A stretch of DNA of 64,000 nt from Chiloscyllium plagiosum (lineage: Eukaryota), in the NCBI RefSeq assembly GCF_004010195.1, contig NC_057733.1, positions 34,494,021-34,558,020 on the forward strand, read 5' to 3'. Positions 53,930 to 64,000 of this stretch are shown piece by piece (position 1 is the first letter of the stretch; every line of letters begins with the position of its first letter). The notes under the pieces were generated by a model, which was not told where the DNA came from, ran no database searches, and saw nothing but the letters and a program-made list of their open reading frames with translations. Position numbers and translations under genes: made by a program.

Positions 53930-55240
53930 AGTTACAGAGAGATATCGATAGGTTAAGTTAATGGGCAACAAATTGGCAAGTGAAGTATAATGTGGAAAAA
54001 TGTGAAGTTGTTCATTTTGGAAGGAAGCACAAAATAAAGGTATTACTTCAAAGAGGAAAAAGCTACAGAAGCTGCAATTCATAGGAAATTGAAGGTGTTT
54101 GTGCACAGAACACAGTAAGCGTGCACACAAATGCAGCAGGTAATCAGGAAGGCTAATGAAATATTAGCCCTTATTTCAAGGGAGTTGGAATAGAAGAGTA
54201 GGGAAATCTTACCACAGTTGTACTGATGAGACCACATCTGGAGTACTGTGAGAAGTTTTGGTCCCCTTATTTAAGAAAATGTATTATTTCATTGAAGGCA
54301 GTTCAGGGAATGTTCACTAGGTTGTTGACTGGTATGGAGGGGTTGTCTTATGAGCAAAGGTTGGGACTTTACTCATTAGAGTTTAGAAGAATGAGTGATG
54401 ACTTAATAGAAACGTTCAGGCTTCTTAAGGGGTTAGACAGGGTAAATGCTGAGAGTATATTTCCCCTCGTGGGAGAACCTAGGATCAGAGGGCATAGTCT
54501 CATAATTAAGGGGTGATAATTTAAGACTGAGATGAGGAGAAGTTTCTTCTCAGAAGATTCAGAATCTTTGAAACTCCTTGCCACAGAGGGCTGTGGGACA
54601 GAGACCTTGTGCATATTTAAGGCTGAGATAGACAGATTCTTGATTAGTCAGAAAATCAAGAGTTAAGCTGAAAGGGCAGGAAAATAGACATGCGGACTGT
54701 TGAATCAACCCAGATCCAATTGAATGGTGGAGCAGGTTTGAGGGGTCAAATGGTCCACTCCTATTTTTTTATGGTCTTATGGTATGGAAGTGTGATGTAA
54801 CACACTTTGGTACAAAGCGTACAGAGAGACAGTATAAAAGGTATTATTCTAAAGGCTGTAGAAGAAGTTTGGATTGTTTTTCTTGGAGAGGAGAAGGCTA
54901 AAAGAAGATTTGATATAAGTTTTCAAAATCTAGAGGGCCCTGGACAGTGTCGATAGGGAGAAACTATTTCCACTCGAAATGGAATGAGAACCAGAAAGCA
55001 CCGTTTTAAAAATGTTTTCCAAAAGAAGCAAATATGAGGTGAGAAGATTTTTTTCACTAGGTTTCAGATGACTCATGGTGGAGGCAGGTTCAGTTGAGGC
55101 ATGGGATGATTATTTAAATAGAAACAATATGCAGGGTTACTGGGAAAAGGCAAGAGATTGGCACTATTAAAATACTGAGAGATTCGGTAAAGATACAATA
55201 GGACTAATAGCTTCCTTCTGCACCATAACGATTCTGTGAT
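53930..55240 (+). mobile_element. Older CR1 3' fragments (two copies)
   Basis: RPHLEYCEKFWSPY..., DDLIETFRLLKGLDRV; second tail at 54870-55240. Confidence 0.8.
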
Positions 55241-55609
55241 AAAAATGACCATCATGATCCTTGTGAGCATGTATAGTTACACCCTGACATCATGCCATTA
55301 CTGAAATGCAGCCTGTGATGTAAAGGTTGCATAGCTTTGATGCACTTTCACAAAGCTGATGGACATTTAAACAGTTGTAAACCACAAGTTGTCTTTTTTG
55401 TATCTTAAGCCATTATCTTTCTGAAGTTGATGGAATTTACTGTCAATAATTTGCTAGAAAGATAGCCCGACTCATTTGAGCATAATTAAAATAAGGCCTT
55501 CTGCCAGAAAATTAAAGAGAAAATGCTGAGTGCCATTGAGTGTACATACTGCAAAATGTACAACCCTTCGAAGGAGATCAGAGTTGGGAAATTGACAATA
55601 AAGCATGTA

Positions 55610-55932
55610 GAATAGAATCCCTACAGTTTAGAAACAGGCCCTTCAGCCCAACAAGTCCACACTGATCCTCTGAAGAGTAACCTACCCTGACCCATTACTG
55701 TACATTTGCCCCTGACTAATGCACCTAACCCACACATCCCTGAACTTTATGGACAATGTAGCACAGCCAATTCACCTGACCTGCATATCTTTGGATTGTG
55801 GGAGGAAACCAGAGCACCCGGAGGAAACCCACGCAGACACTGGGAGAAGGTGCAAACTGCGTGCAAGGTTGGAATCTGGGTCCCTGGCGCTGTGAGGCAG
55901 CAGTGCTAACCACTGAGCCACCATCCTGGCCG
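55610..55932 (-). mobile_element. HE1-like SINE
   Basis: Minus head GGTGGCTCAGTGGTTAGCACTGCTGCCTCACAGCGCCAGGGACCCAGATTC. Confidence 0.85.
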
Positions 55933-56623
55933 ACGAATGTAGTTTCTGTTAAAACCTAGGAAACTAAATGTACAACATTCCAAATAAGAGTCAGCATTTT
56001 GGAGGCTATATACAAGCATTTTTCCCAAATGTACTTTAATTTATTTGGCCATTAATTGCATTTATTTATAACTCATTGATACTGGATGGGAGTTTAAAAG
56101 CTGCTTTCTGATATTGTGCATATGCAAGCAATGCTCCACCTAGTGGTGGTATGCCCCACAAATGCAGCCTTGATATATAGAGCAAACTGATGTAGTATTC
56201 CCCTAATTCCTGGAAGACAGCACCTGTCTGTTCACTCTCACCTTAGCAATTTCCTCTAAGGAGCGAGGTGGTGTCCACTTCAGCCAAGCTGATTTTTACT
56301 GCTCATGCCCCAGGCAAATAGGACATTAACACTCTGAAGACCTTGGGGATGTGGGGAGTGAATCTCTGAATCTGAGGAATGGGAAGAAGTGGTGGGTCCA
56401 ATGATGAACAGGGAGATGGATTAACTTGGAGAGCTTGGGGAACCACATTTACTTTTTCTAGCCCACAAACAATGGTTGGTTATCCACTGTCACCACACTA
56501 CCCCCACCCTTCCATGACCAACCAACCAGCAGTCCCCTCTCACCACCACTGCCTTCACTAAAACATGTAAGAATCAGAAGTCGGTGTATTGGGAGTGTCC
56601 ACCTGACTCAAGCCTATAGTGAT

Positions 56624-56804
56624 TGTTACAAAGTCAGCCTGTTGGACCACATAGAATATGGGTTCCTTGATTGGGGCTGTGTGGCTGACAGATATAAACA
56701 GGAGTGTCAGAAGTTCTGAGGGAGCAGGATCAGTGACAACAACTCTCTATATGTAAATTAAGGGTGACTTGTAATGGGATACTAGCTTCTGTGGAGTAAT
56801 TTCA
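56624..56804 (+). mobile_element. Possible short old solo LTR
   Basis: TGTTAC...TTTCA ends, GATTGG and TATAAA motifs; no TSD seen. Confidence 0.4.
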
Positions 56805-56925
56805 AAGCAGACTTTTTTGTGGTTAAAATTACTCTGTTGGTTTCTCTATTATTGCCCTTGTGAACTTTAATTTCCCTGAAATCCTCTACTACTATCTTTG
56901 AATCCTTGGAAGTTTATAAGAACAT

Positions 56926-57106
56926 TAACAGCAATCAAGGTTTGTTCAATGTCTTATTTCAGTTGCATGACACTGTGATCTTTTGCTATAAATTCTGTGT
57001 CTTATGATCCTGCTGCACAGCTACCTGATATAGCAGCAGCGCTCCGAAAGCTAGTACTTTCAAATAAACATGTTGGACTATAACCTGGTGTTGTGTAATG
57101 TTTAAC
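56926..57106 (+). mobile_element. Penelope terminus with decayed hammerhead
   Basis: tac-CTGATat...gctcc-GAAAGCTA-gta (57022-57056); TSD tataagaacat (56915-25, 57107-17). Confidence 0.7.
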
Positions 57107-58364
57107 TATAAGAACATAAGTAGCTGCCCAGAGTTTGCTGTGTTATTAAAGACTCTTGAGGCAATTGTCTGAACCAGGAGATTTGACTGGCTTCAGTACT
57201 TTAAAGATCTTGCCATTAAAACATTTCAGTTCAAGCTAATCGCAAAAAGCTTCACTAATCTCTTTTCTTCATAGCTCTGGCATTTTCTCTCCATTGTTCA
57301 CTGTGGAGACCAGAGTGAAAGCAAATCATTAATTTAACAGCTATACCCTGTTTTTGTTTATAACTGGGGTCATATTAAAATCTGATATGAATGCTCTCAG
57401 CTTCTCTCTTGATCTTTTTCTTGATGTACTCACACATAACATTCACTAGTAACCTTGATATCATCTGAAAATTTTATTTGTACTCCTTTGTCTTCACAAG
57501 TCTATCTCATAGCTGTCCATAATCCTCACAGTCCTCATTCTCACCATTTCCTTTGTTTATGGTTACATATAGGTGCACACTCGAAACAATAAGCTGTTTT
57601 TGTTGCTTTTCAGCTGTTGACGACTCTATGTTTCTCCAAAATTTTATGACTTGTTTTTATTTTTAATTACCAGCATTTGCAGTTTAATTTTACTTTTGTG
57701 TTTGAAACCACTTTGTGCCTGCTTCTTTGCACTATAGATATATGCTGGAGAACCACTTCCTGACTAATTTTTTCATTATTATATAAGAGTGCTAACTTGG
57801 GCTATTCCATTTTGCAGTCTAATGGCTCTGATGACTATATTGGTTTAAGATGCTTCACAGACGCATTATAGACACAGACACAGTCAAATAAAATGTGACA
57901 CTGAATAACGTAAGGAGGCATTAGGAAGAATAACAAAAACTCAATTGAAGATATGAGTTTTAAATAATATCTTAAAAGGGGAAATAGAAGTTGAGATACA
58001 GAAACATTGAAGGAGGAAATTTCTGTGTTTAAAAATGAAGGCACAGCTACTAACGGGTGGAGTGATTAAAATCAGGGATGCTCAAATGGCGATAATTGCA
58101 TTTTCACAAACACACTGAACCTCTCAAAGAGCTTTGCAGCCAATTAAGTACTTTTTGAAGTGTAGTCATTGTTGTAATGTAGGAAATGCAGCAACTAATT
58201 TAAATGCAGATAGCTTGGAGGTGATAGAACTGAATGAGGTTACGGGGGTAAGGAGGGTGAGAAGGCAGAGAATTTGAGAACTTGGATGAGAATTTTTGAA
58301 TTCAGACTTTGCTTAACCAGGAGTCAGTGTAGGTCAGAGAGCACAGAGATGGTGGAGGTGAATC

Positions 58365-58705
58365 GTTGAATCCCTACAAGAGTAGAAACAGGCCATTTGG
58401 CCCAACAAATCCGACTCTCTGAACAGCATCCACCCAGACTCACCCCCTTTCCTTAGCCCTGAATTTCACATGGCTTTTCCACCTAACCTACACGTCACTG
58501 GACTCTATTGGCAATTTAGCACAGCCAATTCACCTAACCTACATCTTTGGACCAAGAGAGAAAACCAGAGCACCCAGAGGAACCCATGCAGACAAAGGGA
58601 GAATGTGCAAATTCCACACTGACAGTCACCTCAGGCTGGAATTGAATCCAGGTCCCTGGCACTGTGAGGCAGCAGTGCTAACCACTGAGCCAGCATGCCA
58701 CCCCG
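58365..58705 (-). mobile_element. HE1-like SINE within L2/Deu-SINE-like older repeats (~58000-58880)
   Basis: Minus head TGGCTCAGTGGTTAGCACTGCTGCCTCACAGTGCCAGGGACCTGGATTCAATTCC. Confidence 0.85.
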
Positions 58706-58879
58706 GAAGGAAAGGACTGCCATGCATTGGTCTGAGGGTGGGGTCAAAAATTCTACCACTGAACCACCAATGCAACATTGTGAATGGGATTTGGTGAGAG
58801 TTAGGACAATGGGGAGCAGAGTTTTGGATGAACACAGGTTTATGAAAGGCAGAATGGGAAGGCCATTCAGGAGAGGATA

Positions 58880-59399
58880 TGATTTAATTTGATTTATTGC
58901 CACGTGCACCATGAATAGCATTGTTTGCGAGCAGTGCAGAAGATCATGGTAAGCAAGAAGATAAAGAAGTGAAAAAAACTTGGACAGAATGAGGCATACA
59001 GGTTACACCTCACTTAAGAAGCACAAGGCAAGATCAACATTATTTTCTCATCACCGCTGTCTTGAACTGTCCTACCTGGCCATCTACTTTCCCATCTATC
59101 AGCTCCAACCTCCATTCCGACCTATTGCCATCACCCCACACCTTCATCTACCTATCGCATCCATAGCTACCTTCCCCCTAGCCATTTATCTCTCTGCCCC
59201 ATTGCCCCCACACCTGCACATTCCTAACAAAGAGTTAATGCTCAAAACGTCAACTCTCCTGCTCCTCGGATGCTGCCTGACCTGCTGTGCTTCTCCAGCA
59301 CCATACGTTTTGACTCCAATCTCCAGCATCTGCAGCCCTCACTGATTGTCCATTCATAAATCTAATAACAGCAGGGAAGAAGCTGGTCTTGGTGCTGCT

Positions 59400-59448
<49 letters not shown>

Positions 59449-59832
59449 TCAAGCTTCTGTATCTGCTGCCTGATGGAAGAGGTTGTAGGAGAGCATTTGA
59501 TTATGTTAAGAGATAATGAGGACTGCAGATGCTGGAGAGTCAGAGTCAATAAAGCATGGCACTGGAAAAAGGACAGCAGGTCAGGCAACATCCGAGGAGC
59601 AAGAGAGTCAATGCTTCAGGCATAACCCTTCATCAGCACTCCTTGATGACTGGCAGCCTTTCCACAGCAATGAGAGGTTTAAATGGAGTCCATGGATTGA
59701 AGGTTGGCTTCCACAATGTACACACAACCTTCTGTAGTTTCTTATGGTCCTGGGCAGACCATTTGCCATACGAGGCCGTTACGCACCTGGACAGTTTGTT
59801 TTCTATAGTGCATCTGTAAATGTTGGTGAGGA
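58880..59832 (-). mobile_element. Rex1/Babar-like LINE 3' fragment interrupted by two Penelope termini (59050-59345, 59515-59637)
   Basis: Minus TNIYRCTIENKLSRCVTASYGKWSAQDHKKLQKVV and SFFPAVIRFMN; related tail at 42100-42270. Confidence 0.7.
59401..59447. repeat. (GT)n microsatellite
   Basis: About 23 GT units. Confidence 0.95.
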
Positions 59833-61009
59833 GTGCATTGGAATAGTCATCCTGAGATTATGGCATGGACAAAGGTTTCAATGGCAGATGAAATTCAGGC
59901 ACTTAATGTCATCTGTGTTACAGAAATAGAAATTGGTCATTTCTATTTAGTGATGATATGCCATTCTTAATAGCATGGAAATACAGTAATAGAAAACAAA
60001 GAATTATCAGTGTTGATTATGTTCTTCAGCCGCTCATTCCACCAGTGACCAGATTTTATTTTTGAAGCTTTTAGTTTGGGACAGGATGCTGCTAAATGAG
60101 GCAACTCTTATCAATTAGGCTGTGGCTCAAAACGTTGGCAACATGGGCCAACTCTACAAATATTTAAATTATTGGTGTGACAACAGCTGTCACATCAATG
60201 ATTAATTCCTAATAAAAATGCATATGAAAGATGTCAGGACTACTTGGAAATACAAATTTGTGAACCACATATAAATTTGTGAACTACATACTATCCAATT
60301 CTCCAAGATAGAAAGTATTAGACATGTGTATTAGCACATCACTCACTATCTATGATGAGAGTAGATAGGTGAGCATTTCAGACATAAAAATGCTTTCTCA
60401 GTCCTGACAACTGAAAGATAAGCAAGCAGGTGTGATGAATCTGAAACAAAGACAGCAAGTCTTGAAAACACATAAGAAGTTCATTTATTAAGCCTGAGAA
60501 AATGAACGGGCAGAAACTGCAAATAATCGAGTCACACAGAAGAAAATAATGGGTTGAGTAATCTGCAAAGAGCCTGCATAAATTACAGGAAATTATTGGA
60601 TGATGTAATGTGCCGCAGCAGGGAGACAGTTGAAAGATATCAGTGCAAGTAATTTTCTTAACCCCTTGCCAGATCACCCAAGGTGACTGTGCTGGAAGTT
60701 GAGAGCAATTGCTCAAGCAGGCACCTCTTTGGGGTTATGGTGATATTGGGCATCATTTGTGTGTAAATTAAATCCTTAAAGGATTAAGATAACAACAATA
60801 ACAATCCAAACTTATGGAAGCCCACAAAAAGACAAAAGTAAGATGATGCCATGACCTAAAAGGAAAGGTCGCTGCAGCTGCAGGAGATATGAAATAAGAA
60901 AAGTTTTAGAAACATCCATTGGTGTTAATTTTCATCATCATTACTTGGATGGTAAACCAGTTTAAGAAAAACTCACCTGATTTTAATTCTCCTGATTTCC
61001 CTTCTAAGC

Positions 61010-63901
61010 ATGATGTGGGAATTCATTCTTAGCCTGTCTGCTAATACCAAAGCAAGTAATTGCCCAGTATGCCCAGGAACCAGATAGAGTACTGGAGAAG
61101 CACACAGAGTGCTGGAGAACTTTTGGTTCAGAACCTCTAGCACTAGCTGGGTTACCTGGAGACAAAAACAAATTCAAATTCAGTCAATCAGTTTAAATTA
61201 TACCCCAAAATACCAATCTCCAAACAAGTTTGAATTTAGGATATTGACAATATTAAAAACCAATGAAATAATCCAATGCTTTGGGGTATAAGACCAGAGA
61301 AAAATTGGACAGTTGTGGGGGCGGGGAGAGAACTGCCAAGCCATCAGCATGTACAGACTGCCCAAAACACAGCTCTCTTAAAAGTATCTTTATCTATCAA
61401 TGACCTGTAAAACAGAAATCCCCAAAAAGAAGAAAATCTACACAGGAAGATACAAAGAGAAGACCTGACAACTGCCTGGTTTTGAAATTGGAACTTTTTC
61501 TAAATATTATTCAGGGTGGGGGGTGGTTTATCGGACTAGTATTATAGAAGGGAAAGTAAAAGATAGGTTAGAGGAAGGAGTTGTAAATATTGTTAATTAA
61601 TTATTTTCTGCTTTACTTTAAGAAATAAAGTTGTTTATTTTTACTTTAAATGGTTCTTGGCCTCTCAAATCTTCACAGATTACTGCACAGGATAAATCAT
61701 TTCTGTGTTGCTCGTTTAAATTAAGCAGGAGGGCTTACCCCGTGTCATAACAATTTGGGACTCGTCATCAGGATTTGAACTGGTTGAGACAGATCCAGTC
61801 TGAGATTTAGATAGATTTGAATAGATTTGGGGGCAGATTTTAACACTTGCAGGTTAGTGTCCTAGATCTTTAAATAAAACGTAGGTGAGACAATTTGTTT
61901 AATTTTGGTGACTTGTAGTTGATTAAATTAAAAGTGAGAGAAATGGCTCTTAAAATTGCTAAAGAGATTCTGGGATTTAAGAATGATTCTCAAATTTGCC
62001 AAGAAAGTTTAGAAGGAAAGAAAAAGGCTATACTTTTAGAAATAGCAAATAAGTTAGATTTGGGTTTAACTAAGGACAAAAGTAAAGCTGAAATTGTAAG
62101 GGAATTACTCAAGTACTTATTGTGTCAGAGAAACAGACAAGTGCAGTAGAGGTAGAAAAACTTAACTTATAATTGAGGAAAATGGAGTTAGAAGATAAAC
62201 AAAGAAAGAGGGAGAGAAGAAAAAGAGAGAGAAGAGAGGGAGAGAGAAAGAGAGAGGAAAAAGAGGAGAGAAAAGGTTCTTAGCTGAGCAAAGAGAGAGA
62301 AGAAAGGGAGAGAGAAAGAGAGAGGAAAAAGAAAGAGAGAAGATTCTTAGCTAAGCAAAAAGAGAGAGAATTTGAACTTGAGAAGTTGAGATTTAGTTAG
62401 CAAAGTTAAGTTAACAGGATGGAGATTAAAAGAGAAGGTAGTGATATATACAAATATATATGTATACAAATATGGACTTCACCAGTTTCCTTATTTCCCC
62501 TCCCCCCACTTTACCCCAGTTCCAAACTTCCAGCTCAGTGCCATTCTCATGATCTCTCCGACCTGTCAATCTTCCTTCTCACCTATCCGCTCCACCCTCC
62601 TCTCCGACCTATCACCTTTACCCCTTCCTCCATCCACCTATTGCACTCTCAACTACCTTCTCCCCAGCCCCTCCCATATATCTCTTCACCCCCGAGGCTT
62701 CCAGCCTCATTCCTGATGAAAGGCTCCTGCACAAAGTGTTGATTTTCCTGCTCCTCGGATGCTGCCTGACCTGCTGTGCTTTTACAGCACTACTCTAATC
62801 TTGACTCTAATCTCCAGCATCTACAGTCCTCACTTTCACCTATATACAAATATGTCAAAACTCTGCTACATTTTGATGAGAAAGATGTTGACACCTTCTT
62901 CATTTCATTTGAAAAGTTGGCTAGGCAGATGGAGTGGACCGAGGATTTATGGGTAATGCTAGTTCAGACTAAACTGGCAGGTAGAGCTAGTGAGGTTTGC
63001 CGCACTGTCAGATGAGGAGTCAAGAGATAAGAAAGAGGTTAAACAGGCTATTTTAAGTGCTTATGAATTGGTACCAGAAGCACACAGACAGCGGTTCAGA
63101 AATACAAAGAAGGAACTAGGTCAGACTTATATTGAGTTTGAAAGAATTAAACATAGTCATTTTGATAGATGGGTGCTGGCCTTAAAGATAGATAGGACCT
63201 TTCAGGCTCTAAGAGAGATTAATCTGCTGGAGGAGTTTAAAAACTCACTTCCAAGAGATGGTAAGAATTCATGTGGAGAAACAGAAAGTTCAGGAAGTTG
63301 AGAAGGGCAGCAGAGTTCGTGGGTGAATACATATTGGTGCATAAGTCAAGCTTCCGGCCAGAATTGTGTCCTGTGAGGGATAGAAGTTGGGAGAAGGGGA
63401 GAGTTTACCACAGGTTAAAAAAGAAGCCCAAGGGGGTGGAAAGAAGGTGAAAGGCCTCAGGTGTTTCCACTGTGGTAAGATGGAACACATAAAGACACAG
63501 TGCTGGTTGTTAAAGAAAGGCACTGTGGGAAAAGATGTGGTAAAAGAAGGTAGGCCAGTGGCACTAGTGAAAGTAGTAAAGGAGACGACAAGAAGAGCCG
63601 AGGAGCTGCAGTAGAGTGCACAGCCTAGGCAGCGGCTGGGTATGGAGTTAGTACCTGATCTCTACAAAGAATTTGCCTCTGCAGGTAACGTTTATTCAGA
63701 AAAAACAGGGGAAGAAGGATAGAAAGTTATAATTTTGAGAGATACAAGATCTCACCAGTCACTGATAGTAACGAATGAGCGAATATGCAATCTTCCTGAT
63801 CTGTTACCTGAGAGTGTGGTAATTTATGGGATAGTTGAAAATAAATTTAGTGTTCCCCTTTGTAAGATCAGGTTGGAGTGCCAACTCAAGACTGGGGAAG
63901 T
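61010..63901 (+). mobile_element. Decayed Ty3/Gypsy (Gmr1-like) LTR retrotransposon: 5' LTR (left edge approximate, ends 61752), PBS, gag, protease
   Basis: LTR end ...cataaCA, AATAAA ~61624, tRNA-Pro-like PBS at 61756; gag FDEKDVDTFFISFEKLA..W, AILSAYELVPEAHRQRFR, LLEEFKNSLP; zinc knuckle CFHCGKMEHIKTQC; protease LRDT(R)S. Confidence 0.85.
62475..62840 (+). mobile_element. Penelope-terminus fragment inserted in Gypsy gag
   Basis: Same terminus as 41.8 and 59.1 kb copies; TSD tatacaaatatg (62463-74, 62843-54). Confidence 0.8.
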
Positions 63902-64000
63902 GGGGGGATCCAAGATGGCGGCGACCCAGCAAGTCTGAGTCTATAGTGCTCCTCCCAAGGCTTGGGCAAAGTGGGTCACCCACCCCACCACACTCACCAA
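63902..64000 (+). mobile_element. Probable 5' end of an L1-clade LINE inserted in the Gypsy protease region
   Basis: Abrupt switch to GGGGGGATCCAAGATGGCGGC (G-run plus YY1 motif), as at L1 5' termini. Confidence 0.55.

Noticed and set aside
55860-55932. tRNA-like sequences (also ~5280-5350, 58630-58705, 28702-28795)
   Set aside because: SINE heads continuing into SINE bodies; not complete tRNA genes
62710-62745. Further hammerhead-like motifs (also ~59222, ~59610, ~38020, ~57025)
   Set aside because: Core or stem II mutated; counted only as decayed Penelope termini

Overview
Vertebrate genomic DNA, AT-rich and repeat-dense. The repeat families (HE1-like SINEs, HER1/CR1 LINEs, Penelope remnants) point to a shark or other elasmobranch; this is an inference. 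The only host gene I can support is SLC38A10 (SNAT10 amino-acid transporter) on the minus strand. Its coding exons 1-9 span 39877 to 6274 (1018 nt, about 339 codons, all introns GT-AG, frame-consistent), its CpG-island promoter is at about 40.6-41.2 kb, and the gene continues off the left edge. The rest is mostly layered transposon relics: CR1, Rex1/Babar, RTE and L2 LINE fragments, SINEs, a Tc1/pogo MITE, a solo LTR, a decayed Gypsy element and a probable L1 5' end. Two things stand out. (1) Several Penelope-derived fold-back elements carry minimal short-stem-III hammerhead ribozyme cores, some in sense within SLC38A10 introns. (2) A compact APE-RT LINE with no room for ORF1 begins with a tRNA-like (Pol III A/B box) head and shares both ends with an adjacent LF-SINE-like SINE, suggesting the SINE is an internal-deletion derivative of this LINE. 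Family names are from recall and need Dfam/Repbase confirmation.
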